A DNA stretch of 64,000 nt from a virus: the IMG/VR virus record IMGVR_UViG_3300032046_000008, positions 1-64,000 of that record. One strand, written 5' to 3'. A program made the translations under genes and the position numbers. The notes beneath the pieces are model-generated. The model made no database searches. It saw only the letters and a list, made by a program, of their open reading frames with translations, and was not told the DNA's origin. Shown one piece after another: positions 16,568 to 25,847 of this stretch (position 1 is the first letter of the stretch; every line of letters starts with the position of its first letter).

Positions 16568-17996
16568 TCATTCTTGCCATCAGTACTTCGTCAAGCGAAG
16601 GTAATCCCCATAATTCTGCATCTGTTGCCAAATTAGGATTACGACCTCGCTCTTTGGCACATTCCGGCAAAGGCGAGGAATCAAGCAATTGCCAATCCTC
16701 TTCCCGTCCCTCTAGTCTTACAGAACAATAATCTTTGTACTGCAAAGCCTTGGCAGATAACAGAACTACGTTGCGGCAAGCCTTTGTTCCATATTCCTCA
16801 CAATACAAACAACCCTTGCGATAGCATCCTGGCAATGGTTCAAACCTAGCATCTGGTGCTGACCGATAATGAATGGGCACGGCTGGACCATGACATTGAT
16901 CGGCAGTGGTGAACCAAGGCGCTAAGTTCGCGCCTCCTTTGCCATTGTTATAATATTCGTAGCACAAGCTCATGGTGATGTTGTGTTGTCGTGTCCAAGG
17001 CAACAATTCTTGCAACCAAGCCACTCGCGTATCTTGACGAATCGTGCGAACACCACCGATGATTTGTGTCATAAGGGATTCAAACTCCTCCACCCCTTCT
17101 AGATGACCTCGCCGGAGTCTGTCCAACAATTCTTTGTAAGAACCCAGATTAGATTCGCAGAACTTAAAAATAACATGATTTGCTCCTGCCTGGGCCAAGC
17201 AGCGCACCAACTCCTTCATATCATCCAAGGTGACAATCCCAGGCAGCACAGGATTGACCTGGATACTAATGTAAATGCCCAAATCCGCGTATTCCCGTAT
17301 AATCTCATACAATTGATACAAATGGAACGATCCTGGGGATAATCTCCTGAAGACCGCCTCATCTGCCACATTCACACTCCACTCCATATAAGAGTATGGA
17401 CTTTGCAACAAAATATCTTTGGCCCAATCGGGCGGAAGCTTCCGACTTAAGTAAAAAAGAGGAATACCTTCATCCACAAACACCTTGGACAATCGCTCTA
17501 CAACATGATAGCGAGTCTCTAGATTCTGGAAAGGCTCTGTGAAACTTGATATGTAAGCTGGACCCACGACCATCATTTTGCTAAGGCGATTACGAATAAA
17601 ATCTGGGTAGTCTGGGTTTACCGCCGGCAAACCTGTTGCATGATAACCCCTGCTCCCAAAATCTATATAACAGAATTTGCAGCCTATCTCGCAATATCCA
17701 GTGTACGGTATAGTCAATATTGCTTCGGAATAACAAGGTCGAGGCCTTACCTTATCAGAGACATGCTTGTCTTTGTACCATCCTCGGGGATTAGGACTAC
17801 TAGAAATTAATAGATGTTTAACTGGCTCGGTGTACACTTTTGCAGGTTTCGTTTTGCCACCCAGCACCATGCTTATTGGTATAGATTGATATGGACCTTG
17901 ATCATCCACGCCCTCTTCTATTGGAGCAGCCAAGCGAAACCGTCGTTGCCGATATTCCTCATCCGATTCCGATTGTGGCTTCCCAACCTCGTTCAT
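16557..17996 (-). CDS. Radical SAM enzyme (SPL-like subfamily) with extra C-terminal Cys cluster
   Basis: YCEIGCKFCY (CxxxCxxC), SSFTEPFQ.LE, NPVLPGI and GCYRKGCLYC......C. Confidence 0.9.
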   Translation of the reverse strand: MNEVGKPQSESDEEYRQRRFRLAAPIEEGVDDQGPYQSIPISMVLGGKTKPAKVYTEPVKHLLISSSPNPRGWYKDKHVSDKVRPRPCYSEAILTIPYTGYCEIGCKFCYIDFGSRGYHATGLPAVNPDYPDFIRNRLSKMMVVGPAYISSFTEPFQNLETRYHVVERLSKVFVDEGIPLFYLSRKLPPDWAKDILLQSPYSYMEWSVNVADEAVFRRLSPGSFHLYQLYEIIREYADLGIYISIQVNPVLPGIVTLDDMKELVRCLAQAGANHVIFKFCESNLGSYKELLDRLRRGHLEGVEEFESLMTQIIGGVRTIRQDTRVAWLQELLPWTRQHNITMSLCYEYYNNGKGGANLAPWFTTADQCHGPAVPIHYRSAPDARFEPLPGCYRKGCLYCEEYGTKACRNVVLLSAKALQYKDYCSVRLEGREEDWQLLDSSPLPECAKERGRNPNLATDAELWGLPSLDEVLMARMNVV

Positions 17997-18046
17997 CCAG
18001 ACGCCTCCAATCTCGTATTTTCAAAGTTATCACCATCGATCAAGAA

Positions 18047-19084
18047 TCAGATGGGAACATCCTGGCGATTACCAATTCCCTCAGGCCATTCGTCCCAAGT
18101 CGCAAGGACATCTTGCGCCTGTATGTCACCAGCGCGTGCACGGCGAATCAATTCCTCGGAGACTGGAATTCCCTCGTGTCCCTCGGTTGTCTCGAGAAGT
18201 TCACCAAGTCGTGCCGTGCTAATCTGGCACAAATCCCGATCAGCAAGATCCTTGTCTTCCTCAATACCAATGTCAATGTCATCACCAGGAATTGGCACAT
18301 ACTCTGCTAAGGTATTCGCCAGAGAACCCCAGCCAATCAAAGCCTCTTTTATATCACGGCAGTCCTTGCCCACATAGTAATGGCCTGTTTGCGTGGCTTT
18401 GTATTTGCACAATATAGTTTCTATTTCCTGCACATTTATGGGCCGCTCGCTACGAGGAGGAGCCACCCAATCCGAAAACTGTTCCTTTAATGCCGATACA
18501 ACATAATCAAGTTCCTGGTCGTTCAGCGGAGCCTTCAGATCACCCTTCAATATTACCGCCGCTCCTTTGCGCACTTCCGCATATATGCAAAGGGAAGAAC
18601 CAGGAAACTCTATTTTGGCCAATCCCAGTCGTTCCAACATATCTGCAAGTTTCCATGTTATCCATGGACCAAACATTGGAACTGGCGCGCATGCATCTTG
18701 CACCTGATTGAATGTGACACACCTGCATAATTTCTCAAAGAAAGCCTCAATAGCCTCTTCACACGGAAAGTATATAAGAGTCCGTTGCGCCTGCTTGCCA
18801 CGGAAATGTCTACGCTCCATGCCCCTCGGGAGAGTTCGCAACGTTTCCTGAAGCCAATTCTGCCAATCATCGTGATCTGTTGCATAACTCGCAACGCCTG
18901 CGTGGTAGAACAACCAATAAACCCAAAGCCAACGACAAAGAGAACCGCGATTTAGTAAATTATTGTCTATCCCTCGCTGGAGCATTATATATATAGGATC
19001 AAGATCGCCAGTTGTAAGCAGGCTCTCCCCGAATTCTACGCAAGCCTGCCAATGAACAGGATTAACCTTGGTTGGAACATCCAT
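18047..19084 (-). CDS. aGPT-Pplase2 / amino acid:DNA transferase (AADT) family protein
   Basis: L.TGDLDPIY, YW.FYH.G.AS, RG.ERRHFRG, FGPWI.WK.ADM.ER and NVQE.ET.LCKYK...HY.VGKD. Confidence 0.85.
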   Translation of the reverse strand: MDVPTKVNPVHWQACVEFGESLLTTGDLDPIYIMLQRGIDNNLLNRGSLCRWLWVYWLFYHAGVASYATDHDDWQNWLQETLRTLPRGMERRHFRGKQAQRTLIYFPCEEAIEAFFEKLCRCVTFNQVQDACAPVPMFGPWITWKLADMLERLGLAKIEFPGSSLCIYAEVRKGAAVILKGDLKAPLNDQELDYVVSALKEQFSDWVAPPRSERPINVQEIETILCKYKATQTGHYYVGKDCRDIKEALIGWGSLANTLAEYVPIPGDDIDIGIEEDKDLADRDLCQISTARLGELLETTEGHEGIPVSEELIRRARAGDIQAQDVLATWDEWPEGIGNRQDVPI

Positions 19085-19091
19085 TCTTGTA

Positions 19092-19292
19092 CTATCTCCT
19101 TAAATTTCTAGCATAGACGAATGTCAAGATCACCACTCCTGGCAGAAGACCTGTAGCTCTGTTCAGAGCATAGACAAACCATAAGCTCTGTCCAGCAAGC
19201 CCAAACACCCAAGCCCAGTAACTTTTATTTCCGGCCAGCCACATATTGACAAGCGTCATGACACTCAACATCCAGGGTATGTAATCCAGCAT
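19092..19292 (-). CDS. Small 3-TM PnuC/SemiSWEET-like membrane protein
   Basis: W.LS..TL..MWLAGNK..WAW..GL..Q.LW..Y hydrophobic pattern. Confidence 0.6.
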   Translation of the reverse strand: MLDYIPWMLSVMTLVNMWLAGNKSYWAWVFGLAGQSLWFVYALNRATGLLPGVVILTFVYARNLRR

Positions 19293-19856
19293 CTAACCAT
19301 ATACCTTCGGCAGAGCAATCCCCTCCAGAGCGAACACATCCAGCAACTGACGGTATGCTCTCTCATGATTAAGAATCCGTACTATTTCGCCCGCTTGCAG
19401 AGCTTTGTTAAGAATGCTTCGAACTCTCTCAAATTTGTCAAAAATATTGTTCGGATTGATGGTCCTGCCATTGTTACGGATATAGACTCGGCTGAGGCAA
19501 ACTTCCTTCGGTGTATCCAGAAATACCCAAGTAAATTGTCCTGGACCAAGTTCTTGAGAAAGATTATGCCATCGTCCCCAGATTGCGCCTACGATCATAC
19601 CCTCAAATAGCACATTGCCCCGTTCGGCATATTCTCGCACCATAGGTTCTATACGGTCAAAGGGTTTGATAGAATCACATCCGCCAGTCTTCATTGTATA
19701 AGGGCCAAGAACAAACGTGTTGAATTCTGGGATATGAAAGACCTCTGCGGTTCCTCTGGCATCAAAGCCAACAGCCTGATGATCATGCTCAATTAAGAAT
19801 CGTCTCACCAGTGTTGTCTTGCCACTGCCAAAGGTGCCGCAAATTAGAAATATCAC
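19293..19856 (-). CDS. P-loop nucleotide kinase of the hypermodification-associated type
   Basis: GTFGSGKTT, LG.Y....GG.D.I, VLFEG and FLDTP.E.CL.RV..R. Confidence 0.8.
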   Translation of the reverse strand: MIFLICGTFGSGKTTLVRRFLIEHDHQAVGFDARGTAEVFHIPEFNTFVLGPYTMKTGGCDSIKPFDRIEPMVREYAERGNVLFEGMIVGAIWGRWHNLSQELGPGQFTWVFLDTPKEVCLSRVYIRNNGRTINPNNIFDKFERVRSILNKALQAGEIVRILNHERAYRQLLDVFALEGIALPKVYG

Positions 19857-20074
19857 TGCAACCTTCTACCAAGTTCCTGCTCTATTTTGGCTTCTAGCTC
19901 CTGCTCGACAAGCGTCACTGTTTCTCGGAGAGATTGCTTGGCATCTGCCAATTGCTTCTCTAGGGGCTGTTCTGTGTCAATCTCATCTACGCGCACCATG
20001 AAGCGCATATATTCATTATGACCAGGATCGCCGATATGCATCGTTACGCTGCACTCACACCCCACTTTTGGCAT
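19853..20074 (-). CDS. Hypothetical protein
   Basis: TAATG coupling to the SSB gene. Confidence 0.6.
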   Translation of the reverse strand: MPKVGCECSVTMHIGDPGHNEYMRFMVRVDEIDTEQPLEKQLADAKQSLRETVTLVEQELEAKIEQELGRRLQ

Positions 20075-20949
20075 TAGAACAACTCCTCTGGAGGTACATC
20101 TTCATCTGGAGGAGGAACAATTGCTTCTGCCACAGCCGCCACTGCTTCTTCCACCATTGCCGCAGGAGCCTTTGCTGCAGCCGCTGGTGTCGGCTTATAG
20201 GTGCTGGCCGGAGCAGGTGATGTTACTGGAGCTCCTGGTGTATAAGCCTTCACAGTCCCAGGCGTAGATATCTCTGCTACAGGTGCAGGTCTGCGCACTG
20301 TCTCTATGCCTAACAATTGTTCTCGCAGAATATCAATCACAGGCTTGGCTTCTTGCTTAGCCTGCGCAACTATCTCATCAGGCAGTGCCCCAGTATTCGG
20401 CACAACATGAATCTTGTATCGACGATCCAGACCTCCTCCTGTGGACACAAGATTCATCTGGCTGGCTCGCAGATTGCCAAGTTGCTCGCCGAGGAAGATG
20501 ATGTCTGCCAGAGGAGATTCGCGCCAAGCACTTGTATCCCAGAGGCGAAGACCATTGACAGGTTGCTTAAAATAGTTGCGACCAGAATAGAAAACTGTCT
20601 CCAATTGCTCCCCCTGCTTCAATTGTGTGCGCAAAATATCATCTATCCAGAACCAGATCATCATTCGGTCCTTCTTCTTGATATCCTGATCACACAGAGG
20701 ACAGGGGAGGTCAGAAGTTGCCACCAAAGACTTCGGGCAGAACTTTACATCACCAAAGCCTCCCTCTCTCTGGGCAGGCAACTCATGACCTTCAAATACT
20801 TCCATGTAGGGATCATCATCTTCGCCGCTGGACAGAAAATGGAAGAAGACTAGGTCTCCTTCGCGCGGATAATACCATTGTCCTCCTCCCTTGGGACGCT
20901 CTGCCTCGATCTGCTGTTGCCGTTCCCTGAGATCCTTGATGCCAGCCAT
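20074..20949 (-). CDS. Single-stranded DNA-binding protein (gp32-like, Zn)
   Basis: H...C...CPLC zinc motif, G.G.D.RY, Pro/Ala linker and acidic tail ending EELF; in the replication operon. Confidence 0.7.
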   Translation of the reverse strand: MAGIKDLRERQQQIEAERPKGGGQWYYPREGDLVFFHFLSSGEDDDPYMEVFEGHELPAQREGGFGDVKFCPKSLVATSDLPCPLCDQDIKKKDRMMIWFWIDDILRTQLKQGEQLETVFYSGRNYFKQPVNGLRLWDTSAWRESPLADIIFLGEQLGNLRASQMNLVSTGGGLDRRYKIHVVPNTGALPDEIVAQAKQEAKPVIDILREQLLGIETVRRPAPVAEISTPGTVKAYTPGAPVTSPAPASTYKPTPAAAAKAPAAMVEEAVAAVAEAIVPPPDEDVPPEELF

Positions 20950-20971
20950 TAGTTCCTCCTTCTTCAGTTCT

Positions 20972-21484
20972 TCAATCAGGACAACCTATAAGCGGATCAG
21001 CGATAGGTGTTAGATCTCCAGGCCCGACTCTGAACTGTCCTACAAATACGTTGTCCTTCAACGCCTGTACATTGAACAGAGTCCGGTTGTACCACTCAGT
21101 ACGATCCCTCAGTTGCTGAACGAGATCGGTGAACCGCCCTGCCTGCTGCTGATATGTCAGGTCGAGGGTAGCAGGCTCACCTGCACCTATGATAACAACG
21201 GCCTCCGCCTGCTGGATGGCATTGACATAGACGCAGCGCGTCTCAGCGAAACCTCGGAGGGCCTGGACAGTGCCTAGGCTAGCGAAATACAGAGAAGGCC
21301 ATACAATCGCAAAGGTGATGGCCGCGAGGAGCCCAGGCCACATTAATAGATGCCCTGGTAGAAAGAGCCAGACTCGCTCGTCTTTGCCTTTGTCACGGAA
21401 ATCGCCGGAGTCATCACCATGTCCCAGGATGATGAGTATAGCGCCAAGAATTATCGCACCCACAGCTCCAAAGAACGGTAACAT
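20972..21484 (-). CDS. Membrane protein (2 TM plus LemA-like helical region)
   Basis: Two hydrophobic segments and YN..L......N.FVG.F motif. Confidence 0.55.
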   Translation of the reverse strand: MLPFFGAVGAIILGAILIILGHGDDSGDFRDKGKDERVWLFLPGHLLMWPGLLAAITFAIVWPSLYFASLGTVQALRGFAETRCVYVNAIQQAEAVVIIGAGEPATLDLTYQQQAGRFTDLVQQLRDRTEWYNRTLFNVQALKDNVFVGQFRVGPGDLTPIADPLIGCPD

Positions 21485-21495
21485 TATGACCTCCT

Positions 21496-22440
21496 TTAAA
21501 TTTCTACAAGATTATGCGCCTGTTCTATACCGAGGCGCACTTCCTCAAATGTGCACTCCTGAGGATCCTTTCGGTATGCCGGAGCATTGGCCCTAAAGAG
21601 TTGTCCCCAAGTGAAGTACCGCTCCAGAATACGACGAGATTGCTCCTCGACCTTGTGTCCCGCCTCATCTGCGTCGAACCATAACACAATCCTCCCCGCA
21701 CCATGCTGCAATAGAACTGAGGCCTGCTTGATGCTCAGCATCGCCCCCAGAATTGCCTTGGCACAATATCCTGCCTCGCAGACCCAGATAGCATCCAAAG
21801 GCCCTTCCACTAATACTATCGTGCTCTGCCAATCCTTTGGCAGCCCGTAGAGGAATGCACTCTTATGCATCCCTAGGCTGTTCATATACTTCGGTTGGAC
21901 AGAATCTGAATTGCGAACAATGGTGCCAAGGAATTCGCCATCATCTCCATAAGCTGGTATCACAAGCTGTGAATAGAGTTGATCATAACGCAAGCCCCAA
22001 TGTTCCACCATGCTCCAAGTAAAGCCTCGATTGAATAACCATTTTGGCATCTCCGTAGCATTTAAACTCTCATAATGTTGTTGCCAATTTGATATCGGTT
22101 CTTCTGCGATAATCGCTGGAGCCGGCTCCACCAATTGTTTCTGCAATATTTCGATGCCGCCAGATTCATGTTGCGCTATCCATGCCAGAGCTTCTCTGAG
22201 ACTACAATCCATAATCTGCCGTACAAGGTTAACAAAGTCACCAGACCAACAGCCAGCGAAACAGATGCCTCTTCCAGTCTTGAGATTCAAAGAAAATGAT
22301 GGATGAAGATCACTATGGAATGGACAATGAGCATGCAATTCGTTGCCGCTTATCTGGCCATCAATTCCCAAGGCTGCTATGAGTTCAGTATAATCTTTCA
22401 TGGTTTTATCGGCCCTGGCGAGGTCATCTCCCCTTGCCAC
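21496..22440 (-). CDS. dnaG: DNA primase (CHC2 zinc finger plus TOPRIM)
   Basis: CPFH.D..PSF, CFAGC, PKYMNS, LVEGPLDA and FDADEAG. Confidence 0.9.
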   Translation of the reverse strand: MARGDDLARADKTMKDYTELIAALGIDGQISGNELHAHCPFHSDLHPSFSLNLKTGRGICFAGCWSGDFVNLVRQIMDCSLREALAWIAQHESGGIEILQKQLVEPAPAIIAEEPISNWQQHYESLNATEMPKWLFNRGFTWSMVEHWGLRYDQLYSQLVIPAYGDDGEFLGTIVRNSDSVQPKYMNSLGMHKSAFLYGLPKDWQSTIVLVEGPLDAIWVCEAGYCAKAILGAMLSIKQASVLLQHGAGRIVLWFDADEAGHKVEEQSRRILERYFTWGQLFRANAPAYRKDPQECTFEEVRLGIEQAHNLVEI

Positions 22441-22578
22441 GGCAACCCCGCCAGAGCCTCACGACAGACAAGGACCGCCATTTTGTCTCCCGCTCTGGAA
22501 ACTGGTCGGCCCACCCGCTCATAAGGCGGGGAAGAAAGCAATAGCGAGCCATAACCAGTTTCCAAAGCGACAGACAAA

Positions 22579-22968
22579 TCATATAGATATACCAAGAGCT
22601 CTGAATACCTTCGCAATATCCGGAGGATCCCATTTGTCGCTCTTCAGTATCTTGCCATCCTTCCTACGGAGTGGCAGGCCATCCTCGCCCAGTTTTGTCA
22701 TGTTACTGCGATGCACTTCCTCGAAGACTGCATCAATAGGAATACCATGAGCAATTGCTGTCCCATAAACAACATAAAGTAAATCTGCAAGAGCGTCTGC
22801 GATCTCAATTATGTCTCCAGAAGCGACCGCTACACAATATTCTGTCAACTCTTCAAACATCAGTTCATAACGTAACTTTCCCTCTGGAATCTTTGCGCTT
22901 GCCTCTTCTCGCGCAGGAAGGCCAAAAGCAAGATGAAATTGTCGCACCATATCGGCATTCGTCTTCAT
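22579..22968 (-). CDS. MazG-like NTP pyrophosphohydrolase (DR2231-type, probable dUTPase)
   Basis: V..FH..FG, EEL.E, ADALADLLYVVYG, F.EVH.SNMTK and R.DGKILK. Confidence 0.85.
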   Translation of the reverse strand: MKTNADMVRQFHLAFGLPAREEASAKIPEGKLRYELMFEELTEYCVAVASGDIIEIADALADLLYVVYGTAIAHGIPIDAVFEEVHRSNMTKLGEDGLPLRRKDGKILKSDKWDPPDIAKVFRALGISI

Positions 22969-24311
22969 CAGTTTATCTCAATCCCCAATTGTGCCATCTC
23001 TTGCAGAATCAATTGCTCATTTTGACCATGATGAGACATATCGAAAATGTGTCCAGAATCTACATCCCAAGCTAGTGCCCATCGAGGAGCCCACTCTGTA
23101 TCTCTATCACGCGTCTTCCTAAGACTATACCAGAGAAGTTTCCGATAGTTGCGATCTGGAGCCATGGTTATAATTGTATTTGCCGCCTGCACAAAGGAAT
23201 CTCCAAATGCTGCATCATTCAGCGATGGCATTAGAAAATCCTCACCTCGTCCCAGTGCGACATCTGTATCTGTGCGCCGTCCTCGCCTGCTGTTGACTGC
23301 TTGGTGAGTAACGATAATAGGAACTCGTATGGCCGTGGCCAGTTGCTTCAGTCGATAGGACAAAGATCGAATCTTTTCCCAGGTCTGTTGGCCTTTATCT
23401 TCGTCCTTGAGCAAACTTAAGCCATCAATAAGTATGAGCGTTGGCTTGTACTCCTTATGCAGCATCCTAATGTCGCCGACGCTGACAGCCTCGCCCTTGA
23501 TACTATCTACTGTAAACCAACGTTCGCTTACCTTGACCTTGTCACGGTAGGCTGCATACACTTCTATCATACTAGAATCACCTGCCACTATTGCTTTATG
23601 ACTGAGAGGAATTCCTAATTCTGCTGCAATCAAGACATCTATGCGCAAGGCCATCTGTGATTCTGGCATCTCTGGGCTGATGAGAAGAATTCTATTCTTG
23701 GTCTGCATCCACGCAATCGCACCCAATTTGTTTATGAACCAGGTCTTGCCAACAGAAGGTCTGGCATAGATACCGATTAATTCTCCTGGCATCCAGCCCT
23801 GATGACTACCATCGATGGGTTTCAGACCTGTTGGAATGCCCCAAAGTTGATATCCCTTCTTGCGCATCTCTGTCCTCTTGAGATAGCGTGTGTATCTCAA
23901 ATCTGCTCCAATATCTGTTGCAGCCATATGTCCATTTGTAGAGATATGTATCGTCTCCAGACGGTCTAGCATAGCAGCGCCAGCTTTGTCGGGATCTTCC
24001 TCAAGGAGTTCCAGATTATCACGCCAGATCTGTTGTATTTGCCGTATCTTGACATAATGCTGCAATTGCTGGAGCCAATAGCGAAAGTCACCTTCTGGTG
24101 GTTGCCAGTCTGTATAGGACGCTCTTATCTGATCGTGTGTTGGAAGGATCTGGTACTGCTGTTGATAGTTACTAATCCAGGCGAATAGATCGCCCCATAC
24201 TACAAAGTCCTGTTGACGAATACCTGCTTGCCAAATCTCTAGGAGCTGCTCTGGGCTTGCTATGGCACCGATGAGTCCTGCCTCCACAGCAGCCTGCGGT
24301 GGTCTTGCCAA
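22968..24311 (-). CDS. dnaB: Replicative DnaB-like helicase
   Basis: GIPTG...D, ARPSVGKT, SPEMP, ILIDGL, LK.LA....VPII..Q and K.R. Confidence 0.9.
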   Translation of the reverse strand: MARPPQAAVEAGLIGAIASPEQLLEIWQAGIRQQDFVVWGDLFAWISNYQQQYQILPTHDQIRASYTDWQPPEGDFRYWLQQLQHYVKIRQIQQIWRDNLELLEEDPDKAGAAMLDRLETIHISTNGHMAATDIGADLRYTRYLKRTEMRKKGYQLWGIPTGLKPIDGSHQGWMPGELIGIYARPSVGKTWFINKLGAIAWMQTKNRILLISPEMPESQMALRIDVLIAAELGIPLSHKAIVAGDSSMIEVYAAYRDKVKVSERWFTVDSIKGEAVSVGDIRMLHKEYKPTLILIDGLSLLKDEDKGQQTWEKIRSLSYRLKQLATAIRVPIIVTHQAVNSRRGRRTDTDVALGRGEDFLMPSLNDAAFGDSFVQAANTIITMAPDRNYRKLLWYSLRKTRDRDTEWAPRWALAWDVDSGHIFDMSHHGQNEQLILQEMAQLGIEIN

Positions 24312-24335
24312 CAGAAGCCTCCAATCACTACATCG

Positions 24336-24791
24336 TCAATTTCCACGACTTTGGAAGGCTCCTCTTCCTACCTGCGCCTGCACTCCTGCAAGTTGATTCT
24401 TTACCCATTCTGTTAACTCTTCTCTAACTCGTGGCAGAGCCGACGTTGCCCTGGCATCTAGCCAATTCTCTGGCAGCAGATCTCGATATGTCCAATAACA
24501 ATTCGGCAACTTCACGGCATTCATTACAGAGCAAAGCAGTGCCTCTGCGATAAGTTGATCTCTCTCGATCCAATCCTCAAATGCATGTAGAAACACTGAA
24601 GGATTAGACCATGACTTTTCCTTCTGGAGATAGAAACCAAGCAGCACCTGGCTCGGCTCGATACCCTCTTCATCCATGAACTTCCTAAACAGCCTAGCAT
24701 CTCTGCCAAGAACAACATTACCTCCACAGATGGACTTAAAGAGAGGGACAAGGTCAACTGCTGTTAATTCTGAAATGTTCTTTTTAGGCAT
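24336..24791 (-). CDS. Hypothetical protein upstream of helicase (possible loader)
   Basis: ORF directly upstream of dnaB; start at MPKKN inferred. Confidence 0.5.
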   Translation of the reverse strand: MPKKNISELTAVDLVPLFKSICGGNVVLGRDARLFRKFMDEEGIEPSQVLLGFYLQKEKSWSNPSVFLHAFEDWIERDQLIAEALLCSVMNAVKLPNCYWTYRDLLPENWLDARATSALPRVREELTEWVKNQLAGVQAQVGRGAFQSRGN

Positions 24792-25136
24792 TAGAGAGAC
24801 CCTGGCAAGGAACCCAAATTCTGCGCTGGGTTGCACATTGGACGGGGAACACACGAGATTTCACCCAGACTCTCCCGCCTCGCCAGGATCATACACGGTG
24901 AATAAGCCATCTGGCCTGCACATCGTCTTACGAGGCAATCTAGCCAACAATTGAATTCCTCGCAGTCTTCGCTTGGCGACTCATCCACCGCCTGGGAGAC
25001 TGAATTCGTCTACCGGCTTGCTCAAGATTCTCTCGTTCCACTGAGGCCATCGTCTCATTCAGTCCCCCAGGCGAGGGGCGAACCCTTCGCCTCCTGCATC
25101 CCTGCAGGCAACTAGCTAAAGGCAGATCGCGTGGTA
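24792..25136 (-). ncRNA. Candidate structured non-coding RNA or leader
   Basis: About 345 nt without a convincing ORF; long stems, e.g. 24989-25005 pairing with 25057-25073, whose mismatch is G-U on the minus strand. Confidence 0.35.
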
Positions 25137-25307
25137 TCAATCTACCTTCATCCCCCAAAGTTTTCTCCAGATTCCTGCTCTCGCAAGAACTCTACCAATA
25201 ATCTTGTTCTTGCCTCGTCGCACCATGCGACGAGGACTTCCGCTCGTTAAAGCTTTAACATCAGCCGAGAGTCGTGCACTTCTAAATAGCAGACTTGTTA
25301 GATTCAT
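25137..25307 (-). CDS. Small basic protein (56 aa, MNLTSLLFRSARLSADVKAL...)
   Basis: Open frame below the track cutoff; amphipathic basic sequence. Confidence 0.55.
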   Translation of the reverse strand: MNLTSLLFRSARLSADVKALTSGSPRRMVRRGKNKIIGRVLARAGIWRKLWGMKVD

Positions 25308-25322
25308 TGCTCTGGCTCGATC

Positions 25323-25847
25323 TTAAATGTTTTCAACTGCTTGTTCTTCCAAAATCTGGAGTATCTGGCATACTACCGCTGCTTGCCCTGCCAATTTCCT
25401 TAATTCTTCTCGCACATATTCCTCATCACGGTACATACCCTTCTGGGAAATTCCACTTATCCCTGGAACCAGATCCCAAGCATGAGCACAATCAAACCCG
25501 AACCACCATATATCCTGCCCTGTCTTGGTCGGATATTCGCTGTCTTCGCCTGCATGTTCCTGCTCATGTACCAACAGCCTGCGTGGGAAGTCTGAAATAG
25601 GAGGACCCATCTTCGCGTACTCTTCTATCTTGACTTCCAGCATCGCTATCTCAGCCGGATGGCCCCAGTTCTGATGATGCGAGAATGTCAGGCCACCATG
25701 GACTTCTGCACTAATATCATCATAGCGCTTCCCATACCAAGGATGCGAGGATGGCACACCAATATAGCCGCATAAGGAGCCGAGTTTATCATGCTTCGTT
25801 ATAGCAAAAGGGAAATCACCCTCGATCCAATAATTAATCAGAACCAT
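25323..25847 (-). CDS. Conserved phage hypothetical protein
   Basis: CGY.G.P..HP.YG..Y, VHGGLTF and WWFGFDCAH..D...YRD..YV motif common in phages. Confidence 0.75.
   Translation of the reverse strand: MVLINYWIEGDFPFAITKHDKLGSLCGYIGVPSSHPWYGKRYDDISAEVHGGLTFSHHQNWGHPAEIAMLEVKIEEYAKMGPPISDFPRRLLVHEQEHAGEDSEYPTKTGQDIWWFGFDCAHAWDLVPGISGISQKGMYRDEEYVREELRKLAGQAAVVCQILQILEEQAVENI

Noticed and set aside
24860-24990. Group I intron core (P7-like GACTGC...GCAGGC around a hairpin)
   Set aside because: The P7 pairing is imperfect and no flanking exons could be joined convincingly
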